DNA of 64,000 nucleotides. Origin: Escherichia phage vB_EcoS_HdH2. A program made the translations under genes and the position numbers. Shown here piece by piece: positions 46,685 through 56,917 of this stretch (positions within the stretch are counted from its first letter, which is position 1; every line of letters starts with the position of its first letter). The stretch lies in sequence record NC_048748.1; one strand, written 5' to 3'. The notes under the pieces were generated by a model. That model searched no databases and was not told where the DNA came from. It worked only from the letters and a program-made list of their open reading frames with translations.

Positions 46685-47524
46685 TTAGGAAGACATTTTA
46701 GCTTTAAGAGCTGGGTGAGGATCATACCCTTCCAAATGGAATGACCAAGCTGCCGTATTATTTTCTAGCAAGTCGTAAAGATCTACAAACTCTGGCATTA
46801 CTAGAGTTGGCAGAGGGCGTGGCTTGCGTTTTACCTGTTCTTCTACCTGTTCCATGTGGTCATTATAGATATGAGTATCCCCGCCACTAAAGATAAGATA
46901 ACGAGGTTTTAATCCTGTCAGTTTTGCTAATATATGCGTTAATAAAGCATAACTAGCAATATTGAAAGGTAAACCGAGGAAACAATCCACAGAGCGTTGT
47001 GTCCATTTAAGATCTAGGTATCCATCGTTACTTACATAGCACTGGAAGCCGTAGTGACAAGGTGGTAATGCCATTTTATCAAGTTCAGCTACGTTCCACG
47101 CAGAAACTAGATGTCTGCGGCCATGAGGATTATTCTTGAGTCCTTCAATAAGTTCTAGAATCTGATCTCGCCCACCAAAGTTACGCCACTGTTTACCATA
47201 TACTGGTCCTAGATTACCCTTATCATACCCCATACTTATAGCTTGGTCTTCATAATTTGGAGTCCAGATGGTCCACTGTCCTTCGTCACGACCAAATGTG
47301 AATACACGTAGATCATGAAGATTTGTGGAACCAGACAAGAACCATAAGAGTTCTCCTACTACGGATTTCCAAGCTAGACGTTTGGTAGTGACGGCAGGAA
47401 ACCCATCACGTAGATCGAATTTAGCGTAAGAATCAAAAATTGAAACTGTGCCTGTTCCTGTACGGTCATTACGGGGTTCACCTAGTAAAATTACATCTGT
47501 CAAAATTTTTAAGTATTGTTGCAT
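46685..47524 (-). CDS. thyA: Thymidylate synthase
   Basis: RNDRTGTGT, FPAVTTKR, ELLWFLSG, PPCH signatures. Confidence 0.85.
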   Translation of the reverse strand: MQQYLKILTDVILLGEPRNDRTGTGTVSIFDSYAKFDLRDGFPAVTTKRLAWKSVVGELLWFLSGSTNLHDLRVFTFGRDEGQWTIWTPNYEDQAISMGYDKGNLGPVYGKQWRNFGGRDQILELIEGLKNNPHGRRHLVSAWNVAELDKMALPPCHYGFQCYVSNDGYLDLKWTQRSVDCFLGLPFNIASYALLTHILAKLTGLKPRYLIFSGGDTHIYNDHMEQVEEQVKRKPRPLPTLVMPEFVDLYDLLENNTAAWSFHLEGYDPHPALKAKMSS

Positions 47525-48057
47525 TAATAAGTAACCAATTCCTGTACAAATCGCAGGCTGTTATCACTGTTTGCGCCAACTGCATAGACTAATCGAGTGG
47601 ATTCATAGTTATAATCCAGTATCATACTATCTAGGTGTACATCTGACTCTAGCTTCTGCTCACTAAAGATTGTAGATACAAAAGCACTTTCTATATGCCC
47701 ATGCTGATACATTTCTAGGAGAAGATTAGCTCCGCCTAGAACTACTGTCTGTTGATCTTTTAAGAATGTAGGTAATGTATCCCCAATCTTTGAAATTGGG
47801 GTATAGATACCCTGTTTAATATCATCAGGCAGAGGACGATCCGCACGAATAAAGAGGTCGGATTCTCCAATCATACGTTGCCGAACAACTTCTGGAAGTG
47901 CTAAATAAGTACCCGCACCAATGATGATGTTATCTGGATTCAACACGTCCAGTTGAGAATAGAAAGCATCTAGCTCTTCTTTGAAGGAACCCCAGGGAAG
48001 TTTACCTCGGAGGCCGAACTCTCCATTCGGCCCAACTGCATACATTGCTGTAATCAT
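47524..48057 (-). CDS. Dihydrofolate reductase
   Basis: 177 aa, N-terminal MITAMYAVGPNGEFG...LPW DHFR pattern; immediately downstream of thyA. Confidence 0.65.
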   Translation of the reverse strand: MITAMYAVGPNGEFGLRGKLPWGSFKEELDAFYSQLDVLNPDNIIIGAGTYLALPEVVRQRMIGESDLFIRADRPLPDDIKQGIYTPISKIGDTLPTFLKDQQTVVLGGANLLLEMYQHGHIESAFVSTIFSEQKLESDVHLDSMILDYNYESTRLVYAVGANSDNSLRFVQELVTY

Positions 48058-49199
48058 AAGAAATCTCCAAATTCATTACCCAGATCTTTCAGAGTATCAG
48101 TAGAGGTCTCAGTTACCTGACCTACACGGTAGGCTGCACCAATCTGGATTTCTTGCGGAGCAGGCTGTAGAGAAGTAGTATCCAACCAGTTCATGATCCA
48201 CGGAATAGGGTTTTTGGTGATTACCGGCAGATTACTTGGCCATTCTACACCGATGTGCATAAATGCATTACGCCCCACAAAGTACAAGTATTCTTCTAGA
48301 AGTTCTGCATTCAAACCGATTAGACTACGACCTTTGAAGATGAAATGACCCCATTCAATTTCAGTTTTCAGAGTTTTCAGGAGCTGTGCTGGTGCTTTAG
48401 CCACTGCTTCATCTACCAGATCTTTGTCAAACTGCTGGAACATAATCTGGATGATTGCTTTAGACATCTGGGTGTGCAGAGCCTCATCTTTAGCGATTAA
48501 TTGCAGGTTCTTAGCAATACCTTGCAGAATATCGTTCTCTGCTAGAGCAAAAGTACATGCAAAGGATGCGTAGAACTGCATTGCTTCCAGACCGTAGATT
48601 GCAAAATAAGCATCTAACAGTTTAGCCTGAGTTTCACGCTTAACTTCAGGGAACTCAGTTTCTGGATATGTATTGTCACCACGATGATCACGTACTGCGA
48701 TGAAATACTGACCTAACTGGTACAGTTCATCGAACAGTTCAACAGAATCTGCGATACGTGCAAATGCTTCTTGGTTTTTAGTTACAGAATCAATAAATTC
48801 TGCTGGATCAGTCAGCACATTACGAATAATATTGCTATAGGCACGACTATGCAGGTCTTCGAAGTAGCTCCACTGCTTTAGCATACCTTCCAATTCTGGA
48901 CGACTTACAAGTGGCATAATAGCTGCTTCAGGCGCTCGACTGATAAAGGAATCAGTTTGAGTCTGCCATGCTAAATTCAGAAGTGTAATTTCCTGAATTT
49001 CACGTGGGAGGTTAGGCCATTGTTTCTTATCGGCTTCTAAACTGATTTCTGTCTCAGTCCAAAATTGAGAGCGTTGCAGAAGTGCCAGACGTTCTAGTTC
49101 TGGATGTGCTACACGTACATAATCTGCGATACCTAGAGAATCGCCCAGGAAAAGATCAGCGTTAGTATGATCCCAATTCAGGTTTAGTAAAGTAGTCAT
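48054..49199 (-). CDS. nrdB: Ribonucleotide reductase small subunit (class Ia beta)
   Basis: 381 aa ferritin-like; adjacent to nrdA. Confidence 0.8.
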   Translation of the reverse strand: MTTLLNLNWDHTNADLFLGDSLGIADYVRVAHPELERLALLQRSQFWTETEISLEADKKQWPNLPREIQEITLLNLAWQTQTDSFISRAPEAAIMPLVSRPELEGMLKQWSYFEDLHSRAYSNIIRNVLTDPAEFIDSVTKNQEAFARIADSVELFDELYQLGQYFIAVRDHRGDNTYPETEFPEVKRETQAKLLDAYFAIYGLEAMQFYASFACTFALAENDILQGIAKNLQLIAKDEALHTQMSKAIIQIMFQQFDKDLVDEAVAKAPAQLLKTLKTEIEWGHFIFKGRSLIGLNAELLEEYLYFVGRNAFMHIGVEWPSNLPVITKNPIPWIMNWLDTTSLQPAPQEIQIGAAYRVGQVTETSTDTLKDLGNEFGDFL

Positions 49200-49306
49200 T
49201 GATTTTCCTCTTTCTCACTATTTCAGGAATATTATAGCAAATCAGGTAGCGATTAGCAAGTAAAATTTCAAAGAAAAAGGAGACCCGAAGATCTCCTTGT
49301 CTTTTA

Positions 49307-51637
49307 TTACAACTGGCAACCACCAGAAGCACAACCCGCTGCTTCTTCACCCGCTCCTCCACCATTCGCAGTGTTGAAGTTTGCGTAGTACCAAGTCTTC
49401 CAACCATATTTAACAGCAGTCATGAAATCACGAACTACTACTGGGCCAGGAATGATTTCATTCTCAAACTTGGTGTAGTCGTAGTACATATTAGTACTGA
49501 TAGACTGGCTGAAGAATTTCTGCATAGTTGCTACCCATTTGATCCATTCAATACGATCCACATCATAAGCCAGTTTATAGCTCATTAAAGTTTCCCAATC
49601 AGTTGCACCTGGGGCAATTGCAATTACTTTATTCACTGCACTACCCTTGATAGATACAATCTTACGAGGTGGTTCAATAGAGTTAGTAACGCCTAACAGA
49701 ACAGAAGAACTTTCTCCCGGCATCTGCGCAGTCAGAACAGAGTTACGCATACCGTACTTCAGAATATCTGCACGCAGAGACTCCCAATCCATTTCTAGAC
49801 CTACTGATACCAGTTCATCAACAGTTTTCTTGTACGTGTCGATTACTAGTATTCCTTTAGATGGTTTAGTACGATCGAACCACTCACATGCACCTTGCTC
49901 TTTGGCTAGACGTACAGAGGCTTTATGCAGGAAGTAAGACAGTTTTTCAGCTTCACGATGGATCCAGTTACGTGCTTCAACGCCTTCATAAGCCAGACCT
50001 TCTGCTGCCATTGCACCTGCTGCGTTCATAAGGCCAATACCAACGTTACGACGTTTCTTAGCTGTATATTCCATAGTTGGGAACGGATAGTCCTGAATTT
50101 CAATGATGGTATCAACGAATTTCAGAAGAATATAGCAAGTCTTTTCCCACTCAGCCAGAGATTCCATGCGTCCTAGTACAACACCACCTAAGTTACACAG
50201 AGATACTTCACCAATATCCTCCGGCTTCATTTGATCAAGTTGTTCTTTTGTTTTATACAGTTCCGTGATATGATGGAACGGACGTGTAGGCTGAGTAATT
50301 TCAACACAAAGGTTTGTCATACGGATCGGATCAAGGAAGTTACCGTGACGATTAGATTCCCCGATGTGGTGAGCATACATACGTCCTGTTTCCATTCGGA
50401 TACGTAGCCAAGTATCTAGGATTTCTTTTGCAGAGACTTTAGGAGCTGCTGGAACTGTTTTTCCTTCGTGGTCGATCTTTGTAAGAGATGCCACACGTTT
50501 CTCCGCTGCCACATAGATTTTTTCAAATTTAGCCTCGTCATCACTATAAAACGCTTCATGAACTTCTGGGGCATAGAAGTATGACATTAGCGTAATATCT
50601 TCATTTTTCAGATAACGTTTTAACAAAAGATTGTTGAAGCTCAGAGAATAATCCATCTTATCGATTTTATTCTCATCTGTAGCACGTTGTTGCTTAACCT
50701 GCATCAACTGAATGATTTCAGGGTCAAAGTAAGGATAAGACACTGTAGCAGAACCACCACGAGTTTGCTGAGTATTGGCCTTTACTGAGCGGTCAATGTG
50801 TCGATAATATGGCAGTTTTCCGGAATGCGGGAATGCCCCATTTCGCACCGGATCAGCAATTGATCGGCTTTCAAGATGATACCCGATTCCCGCTCTGGCT
50901 GCGACCATTTTGAAGACGATGTGCTCGGCTGTGTCGATTGAATCCAATGTGTCAGTGGAATCAACGAGGCAACAACTAGCAAATCCACGGTCACTAGAGC
51001 GCAAGCCAACCAATGGCGGCGTAGGAACGTTGATTTTGTGGAGCGACATTGCATTGTAGAGATCGATTGCATCTAGAATTGTCCAGTTAGGTTGAGATAG
51101 CATCGCCATTGCCATACCCATGTAGGCAAACTGCGGGGTTTCGTAAATTTCGCCAGTTGCGATATTACGACGGGAATACTTATCAAAGAATTGTTTCAAT
51201 CCTCCGCTAGTGAAAAGACGGTCGCGATCATGGTCGATAACCTGATTCAGAGCTTCAAATTGCTCATCGGTAATCCATGCACTCATGTCTTCCCATGCAC
51301 CTACACTAACCATATGATCGTGGAAAAAGCGTAGAGAAGGTGGTTCGAAGGAATCATAAAGGCGTTTACGCATCTGCGCAAGACGTAATTCCTTTGCTGG
51401 CACGTCGTATGCTGGATTATCTTTGATAAGACTTTCAGCAGCTTTAATTAAAGCATCCATCAGAGTGTCGGAATCTACAACCCCTTTAGGCAGAGTTTTT
51501 TGAGCAGCCATAGTAATGGCTGACCAACTTACATCAACTGTTTTGCAACCATACTCTGCCCAACCATTGAGTTTTTCAGGAGCAAAGTCTTCTACAGTAC
51601 CGTCACGTTTAATTACTTTTTCGATGCGATGGCTCAT
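49307..51637 (-). CDS. nrdA: Ribonucleotide reductase large subunit (class Ia alpha)
   Basis: ATP-cone VIKRDGTVEDF at N-terminus; C-terminal Cys pair; ORF trimmed to MSHRIEK start. Confidence 0.85.
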   Translation of the reverse strand: MSHRIEKVIKRDGTVEDFAPEKLNGWAEYGCKTVDVSWSAITMAAQKTLPKGVVDSDTLMDALIKAAESLIKDNPAYDVPAKELRLAQMRKRLYDSFEPPSLRFFHDHMVSVGAWEDMSAWITDEQFEALNQVIDHDRDRLFTSGGLKQFFDKYSRRNIATGEIYETPQFAYMGMAMAMLSQPNWTILDAIDLYNAMSLHKINVPTPPLVGLRSSDRGFASCCLVDSTDTLDSIDTAEHIVFKMVAARAGIGYHLESRSIADPVRNGAFPHSGKLPYYRHIDRSVKANTQQTRGGSATVSYPYFDPEIIQLMQVKQQRATDENKIDKMDYSLSFNNLLLKRYLKNEDITLMSYFYAPEVHEAFYSDDEAKFEKIYVAAEKRVASLTKIDHEGKTVPAAPKVSAKEILDTWLRIRMETGRMYAHHIGESNRHGNFLDPIRMTNLCVEITQPTRPFHHITELYKTKEQLDQMKPEDIGEVSLCNLGGVVLGRMESLAEWEKTCYILLKFVDTIIEIQDYPFPTMEYTAKKRRNVGIGLMNAAGAMAAEGLAYEGVEARNWIHREAEKLSYFLHKASVRLAKEQGACEWFDRTKPSKGILVIDTYKKTVDELVSVGLEMDWESLRADILKYGMRNSVLTAQMPGESSSVLLGVTNSIEPPRKIVSIKGSAVNKVIAIAPGATDWETLMSYKLAYDVDRIEWIKWVATMQKFFSQSISTNMYYDYTKFENEIIPGPVVVRDFMTAVKYGWKTWYYANFNTANGGGAGEEAAGCASGGCQL

Positions 51638-51779
51638 TTGGCTTTCCTTTTTATAGTTATCAGGATTTAAGGAATATTCTACTTTATTATTGGTCATTAG
51701 GCAAATAAAATTTTCTGATAGAAAAGGCCCGAGTATTTTCATACCCAGGCCCTGTATATTACCAGTCTAGCTTTTTAGC

Positions 51780-52070
51780 TTATTCAATTACTTTAGCTCT
51801 AGCTACTTCTTTTAATAGAATATCTATGGAGGTGCTCAGCTCGTTATAATTGAATGGTTTATTTGGATTTGAGGTTACAATTTTCCACGCTAGGGTTGTC
51901 TTAGGACTTTCTTCCCCTTCCTTACGTGTAATCATATTAGCAGCACTCAGTGAAGTACGATGTATTTTAGTTTTACGGCTCAGATGAACGACGTTTTCCA
52001 TATTACACCTTCCCCATGTCTTTAAAAATATCATAGAATGCTTTAGACTCAACAGAACGAACGTTATCAA
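51780..52070 (-). CDS. hypothetical protein
   Basis: 96-aa ORF; start probably internal (MENVV). Confidence 0.35.
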   Translation of the reverse strand: MITFVLLSLKHSMIFLKTWGRCNMENVVHLSRKTKIHRTSLSAANMITRKEGEESPKTTLAWKIVTSNPNKPFNYNELSTSIDILLKEVARAKVIE

Positions 52071-52764
52071 TCAATTCGATCATTGAGAATGGAGCATTTT
52101 CATATTTCTCATAAACTTCCATAAGAAGTGCTAGACCTGAGTCACCTTTAATGTCTTTCTGAGCTATATCCCCGCAGATAATTAAACGGCAGTCTTGTCC
52201 TACACGAGTTAGGAGACAAACCATTGCCTCAACGGAAATATTCTGAGCTTCATCGACAATTACATAGGAGTTGTTGAAAGTTCTGCCACGAGCATGTTCT
52301 ATAGCCAAAAATTTAATTTTCTGACGTTCGACATATCCCTTATAGGCATGATCACCGATGGCCCATTTCATACCATCAGCTATTGGCTCTAACCAAGGCT
52401 CTAGCTTTTCTGCTAGATCACCAGGAAGCATACCAAGAGACTTACCTAGAGGTTCATTAGGACGTACGAGGATCACTTGCTCAATATCTGAGTGAATGTC
52501 TATGAGTTCCTGAGCTGCAAGAACAGACGGGATAAAGGTTTTACCAGTACCTGGCTCACCAATACCCACAGTCACTGTGTTGTTCTTGATCATATTGATA
52601 TATGATTTTTGCTCGCGGTTTTTACCTACTAGGGATTTAGCAACTGGGTTAGCGTAATCATTAGAAAAATCAGCCTGAATTACGTTATTCTCATATTTGT
52701 TGCCACGCTTTCTTGAACCATTGCGGTTCTCTCTTTTTTGACGTGCTTTTCCCATAAATAACAC
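52003..52764 (-). CDS. phoH: PhoH-like ATPase
   Basis: Walker A GEPGTGKTF and PhoH-family core. Confidence 0.8.
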   Translation of the reverse strand: MLFMGKARQKRENRNGSRKRGNKYENNVIQADFSNDYANPVAKSLVGKNREQKSYINMIKNNTVTVGIGEPGTGKTFIPSVLAAQELIDIHSDIEQVILVRPNEPLGKSLGMLPGDLAEKLEPWLEPIADGMKWAIGDHAYKGYVERQKIKFLAIEHARGRTFNNSYVIVDEAQNISVEAMVCLLTRVGQDCRLIICGDIAQKDIKGDSGLALLMEVYEKYENAPFSMIELIDNVRSVESKAFYDIFKDMGKV

Positions 52765-52828
52765 TCCTATAGTGTACTTCGCTAACAGAGGATCAACAAA
52801 AAGATCTTGTTTATCAACTTACAAATAT

Positions 52829-52857
52829 ATTATACCAATATGTACAGTAAAAAGCAA
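52829..52857 (-). promoter_or_regulatory. Early promoter (minus strand) upstream of phoH
   Basis: Reverse complement of attata-17-aagcaa gives TTGCTT-17-TATAAT. Confidence 0.55.
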
Positions 52858-53049
52858 CTACAATTTTAAATAAGCCTATGATATTGCATTTAAATAAAAA
52901 ATTTGCTTGCTTTTAACGTGAGATGTGTGATACTAGATAATCATTTTATATCGCGTGCACGAGTGCGTGATTATACAATTTTTAATAGAGATTGGCAAAT
53001 AAAATTTTTTGACTCAGATCATGTTACAGAACTTTATAGTAAAATATTG

Positions 53050-53078
53050 TTGACATCCGCCCTCGAATGAGTTATAAT
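53050..53078 (+). promoter_or_regulatory. Consensus sigma70 promoter TTGACA-17-TATAAT upstream of nrdD
   Basis: Perfect consensus hexamers with 17-bp spacer. Confidence 0.65.
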
Positions 53079-53107
53079 AGTAGTCTTAGTTAGAGAAGGA
53101 GAGTATA

Positions 53108-55079
53108 ATGAATCGCAATGAAGAACTAAAGTATAAAGAAATGCAGGCGTTAATTAGAAACTGCAAAGAGATTATCGAAGGGTCAGCAGATGAAGAGCTG
53201 CTGTTTAATAATGCCAATAAACCCTCAGAACGTTTCCCTACACAAAGGGATATGCTTGCAGGTGAATTGAGTAAGTATCTGATTCTAGAAGAAATGCCAA
53301 TTCAGATTCGAAATGCTCATATGATTGGGGATATTCATTTCCATGATGCTGATTATGCTGCATTAGGCATGACTAACTGTTGCCTGGTAGCTCTGGAAGA
53401 TATGTTGAAGAATGGTATGAAGGTTGGTAATGCTGAAATTAGCACTCCAAACTCTATCACTACTGCGGCGGCTATCACTGCTCAGATTATCACTCAAGTT
53501 AGCTCCCATCAGTATGGTGGTACTTCTGTAGACCGATTAGATGAAGTATTGGCTCCTTATGTTCGTAAGTCTTATGATAAGAATCATGCGTTTGCAAAAC
53601 GTTGGACTAAGGATGAAGCCAAAGCATCCGTAATGGCTACGGAGATGACTGAAAAAGAAGTCTATGATGCTTGTCAAGGTTTAGAATATGAAATCAATAC
53701 CATGTTCAACTCTAATGGTCAGAGCCCATTTATTACCTTTGGTTTTGGTCTAGGGACTTCTTGGGAAGCTCGTCTAGTACAGAAAGCAATACTGAAAGTA
53801 CGTATGGATGGTTTAGGTATCAATAAACGTACAGCTATCTTTCCGAAACTGGTGTTTGTTCTGCGTGATGGCGTAAATATGAAGCCAGGAGATGTTAATT
53901 ATGACATCAAGAAGTTAGCTATGAAATGTACTGCTGAACGTATGTATCCCGACTATATCAGCTACGATAAGGTTGTGGAAGTTACTGGTGACTATAAAGT
54001 TTCTATGGGCTGCCGTTCATTCCTAGCTGCTACAGAAGATGGTGAAACTGCAGGTCGTAATAACTTAGGTGTTGTTTCTGTAAACTTGCCTAGAATTGCT
54101 ATCGAAGCTGAAGGGAATATTGATCTATTCTTTGATTTGCTTGAGCTACGTGTGGATACAGCGTTAAAAGCATTGGAGTGGAGAGTTGATCGCTTAAAAT
54201 ACATTCAAGCTAAAGCCGCGCCCATCCTCTATATGTCAGGAGCCTTTGGGTTACGCTTGGGGCCTGATGAATATGTATTCGATCATTTCTATAACCGTGC
54301 TTTTATGCAGGTCTCGGACATTGTGTCTACATCTTTGCCAAACATGAACTGTAGCATTTCATGGCAACCAATATACCCTAGAGATACAGAAGCACCGTTC
54401 TGTATCTCTAGGGTATATTGGTTGCCATGAAATGCTACAGTTCATGTTTGGCAAAGATGTAGACACAATGTCCGAGACCTGCATAAAGTTTGTTCAGCGT
54501 GTATTGCAGTACATGCGAGATAGAGTCGATCAGAAGAAGGAAGAAACTAAGTTAGGTTATAGCCTGTATGCTACACCATCAGAATCCCTATGTGACCGTT
54601 TTTGTCGTCTAGACCGGGAATATTTCCCGGAGCATGAAGATATTCTGTCCAAAGGATACTACACTAACTCTCACCACCTTGATGTGGAACGTAAAGTTGC
54701 TCCTAACGTGAAATTTGATTATGAATCTAACTTTACTCCTATTGCTTCTGGTGGGTGTATTTCCTATGTAGAACTACCGGATATGAAACGATTCCCAGAT
54801 GCACTGGAATGGGTTATTAATTATGCTGCTAGTAAAGTTCATTACTTCGGTATTAATACTCCAGTGGATTCTTGTGGTAAATGTGGATTCTTAGGTGAAA
54901 CAATAGCATCCGAAGATGGGTTTAAGTGCCCTATCTGTGGTAATCATGACCCAGAAACTCTTGAAGTAACTCGTCGAGTTTGTGGATATCTTGGAAATCC
55001 AGGTGCTCGTCCATTTAACCCTGGCAAACAGCACGAGGTTATGGGCAGGGTGAAACACCAGGATATTCGAGCTAAATAA
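53108..55079 (+). pseudogene. nrdD: Anaerobic ribonucleotide reductase NrdD, reading frame split at 54302-54398 by an inverted duplication
   Basis: ORFs 53108-54430 and 54432-55079 match the N- and C-terminal parts of NrdD (C-terminal CPICG/RVCGYLG glycyl-radical region); removing 97 nt restores one frame. Confidence 0.7.
54302..54487. repeat. Perfect palindrome: 88-bp arms (54302-54389 and 54400-54487) around a 10-bp spacer
   Basis: Right arm is the exact reverse complement of the left arm, verified base by base. Confidence 0.85.
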
Positions 55080-55084
55080 GATAA

Positions 55085-55120
55085 TCAGCCGGGTTGCTAG
55101 TCGACCTGGCTTTTATTTTA
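55085..55120 (+). terminator. Terminator-like hairpin after nrdD
   Basis: agccgggttgctagtcgacctggct then ttttatttt. Confidence 0.45.
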
Positions 55121-55121
55121 T

Positions 55122-55150
55122 TTGCTTTCAGCCAAAAATTTATATATAAT
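55122..55150 (+). promoter_or_regulatory. PN25-like early promoter (TTGCTT-17-TATAAT)
   Basis: Nearly identical to the promoter at 61877-61905, including the downstream agatt(t/c)ataaatttgagag box. Confidence 0.65.
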
Positions 55151-55177
55151 AGATTTATAAATTTGAGAGGAGAGTAT

Positions 55178-55537
55178 ATGGAACTAAAGCCATTTATTGT
55201 TGTATCTAAGTTAGGACATTATCACTTAGGAGTAGATACTATTCAGGAAGCTATTTTTGCTGCTACAGGTGATTACTCATTACTAGAAGGTATTGGATAT
55301 CCTACATTACTAGGTGACTTTGTAGAGCAAGAATTAGATATTACTGTTTATAATCCTATATATGAAGAACCTGAAGACTTAAAAGAGACCCTAGAATTTG
55401 TATATTGGAACCACCTGCAAGTGTTTAATGTTACCTCTAATGGCACAGAGGATTTCTCTTCTGTTATTAAACATCATATTAAGCAGGTTTACTACGATTA
55501 TTTCTATGAGGATATTGGAACGGAGCTAAAAGTATGA
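55178..55537 (+). CDS. hypothetical acidic protein
   Basis: ORF 55094-55537 trimmed to MELKP after gagaggagag RBS. Confidence 0.45.
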   Translation: MELKPFIVVSKLGHYHLGVDTIQEAIFAATGDYSLLEGIGYPTLLGDFVEQELDITVYNPIYEEPEDLKETLEFVYWNHLQVFNVTSNGTEDFSSVIKHHIKQVYYDYFYEDIGTELKV

Positions 55538-55737
55538 AAAACGTAAAACATCTTAAATATCGCTTAATTTACAACGGACGTATGGAAACAGAAGACCTGG
55601 CCCAGTTAGCTATTAATTCTAATGAGGTTATAGTGCGTGCGCTGGCAATTGAAAAGTTGCGTGCTTCTTATGAAAATCGTGTTATGGAACTAGAGGAGAA
55701 ACTTTATGGCATTCTCGAAGCCGATGCTACCAGATAA
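55534..55737 (+). CDS. hypothetical protein
   Basis: 67 aa. Confidence 0.4.
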   Translation: MKNVKHLKYRLIYNGRMETEDLAQLAINSNEVIVRALAIEKLRASYENRVMELEEKLYGILEADATR

Positions 55738-55927
55738 GGGTTTAAACTCCGTTTTGGAAAACGCATTAATGCAGCACTGGGAAACTGGCTATAAGGATGG
55801 TGTTGAATCCTGCGCTACTATGCTAGAAGTTATTGCTAATACCTTAATGGAGAAAGACAATAAAGAATTAGCTGAGCTATTAGACAGTATTGGGCAAAAC
55901 TTCAGAGAACAGGTGAAAAATGCGTAG
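55706..55927 (+). CDS. hypothetical protein
   Basis: 73 aa. Confidence 0.4.
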   Translation: MAFSKPMLPDKGLNSVLENALMQHWETGYKDGVESCATMLEVIANTLMEKDNKELAELLDSIGQNFREQVKNA

Positions 55928-56744
55928 ATTAATTATTATTAGCGGTGCAGGTTTGAGTGTTGAAAGTGGCGTACGAGCTTTTCGTACTGATACTGCTAGT
56001 GGTAAAGCACTGTGGGATGATTATGATCTAGAAGAAGTATGTAATATTCATGCCTTTCGTGGTAATTTTTATCATAAAACCCATATGTTTTACAACAAGC
56101 GTCGTGAAGAGTTAGAAACTGTTGAACCTAATCTTGCACACTTGCGTATTGGTGAATGGTATAAGAAATATCCGGGTCAAGTAGTAAATTTGACTACTAA
56201 CGTTGATGACCTTATTGAGCGTGCTGGTGTTCCGCATAGTGACATTTTGCATATTCATGGATATTTAAAAGAGGTTGTTGTAGCTGACAGCTACAATAGT
56301 AGCAATAAACGAGTTATTGATGTTGGGTATAGCTCTATTGACCCAGATGATTATAAATGGGCTAAACCTAATGTAATCTTCTTTGGTGAGCATGCTCCAG
56401 CGTACGCAGAAATGTACAATATTTTTGATGGTATTACCAGTCAAGATATGATCGTTGTGGTTGGTTGCTCTAACCAAGTAATTAACTTCTACTGGGAATT
56501 ATTTCCTGTTCTTAATTTGACTGCTGCCAAATTAATGGTAGTTAACTACTATGATAGTGCCCTAGCGACAGAGCCAGGCTATCAAGGTATGACTCGTAGT
56601 GAGATGTACCAGCTGGAAGAACGCGGTATCCCTTACTGGAGTAAAGGGGCTGTAGATGCCTTCAGTGACCCTGATTTTATTGCTCGTGTAGAAGCTCATC
56701 TAGAGGGTAGACCTTATATGCCGGGGAAACAAATATGTCCATAA
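55920..56744 (+). CDS. Sir2-family (sirtuin-like) NAD-dependent enzyme
   Basis: GAGLSVESGVRAFR, TTNVDDLIERAG, HIHGYL, PNVIFFGE, VVGCS mirror the sirtuin motifs GAGIS..SGIP.FR, TQN.D.LH.RAG, HG, P.VV.FGE, VVGTS. Confidence 0.65.
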   Translation: MRRLIIISGAGLSVESGVRAFRTDTASGKALWDDYDLEEVCNIHAFRGNFYHKTHMFYNKRREELETVEPNLAHLRIGEWYKKYPGQVVNLTTNVDDLIERAGVPHSDILHIHGYLKEVVVADSYNSSNKRVIDVGYSSIDPDDYKWAKPNVIFFGEHAPAYAEMYNIFDGITSQDMIVVVGCSNQVINFYWELFPVLNLTAAKLMVVNYYDSALATEPGYQGMTRSEMYQLEERGIPYWSKGAVDAFSDPDFIARVEAHLEGRPYMPGKQICP

Positions 56745-56917
56745 TTAAATCTGTGTATACACACCCTGATGATATATTTGTATGGGCGGACGGTAGTTGG
56801 TGCTATCGCTGTGAGTTGTGGGAAATGGACTATAAATCCGATGACTATGGTGTTATATATGTGGATACGGTTGAGTATGATACGTTCTTAGAAAGGAACA
56901 AAAATGGAAATAAGTAA
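56735..56917 (+). CDS. hypothetical protein
   Basis: 60 aa. Confidence 0.35.
   Translation: MSIIKSVYTHPDDIFVWADGSWCYRCELWEMDYKSDDYGVIYVDTVEYDTFLERNKNGNK

Noticed and set aside
49162-49407. ORF 49162-49407 spanning the nrdB/nrdA junction
   Set aside because: Overlaps the ends of both genes and the intergenic terminator
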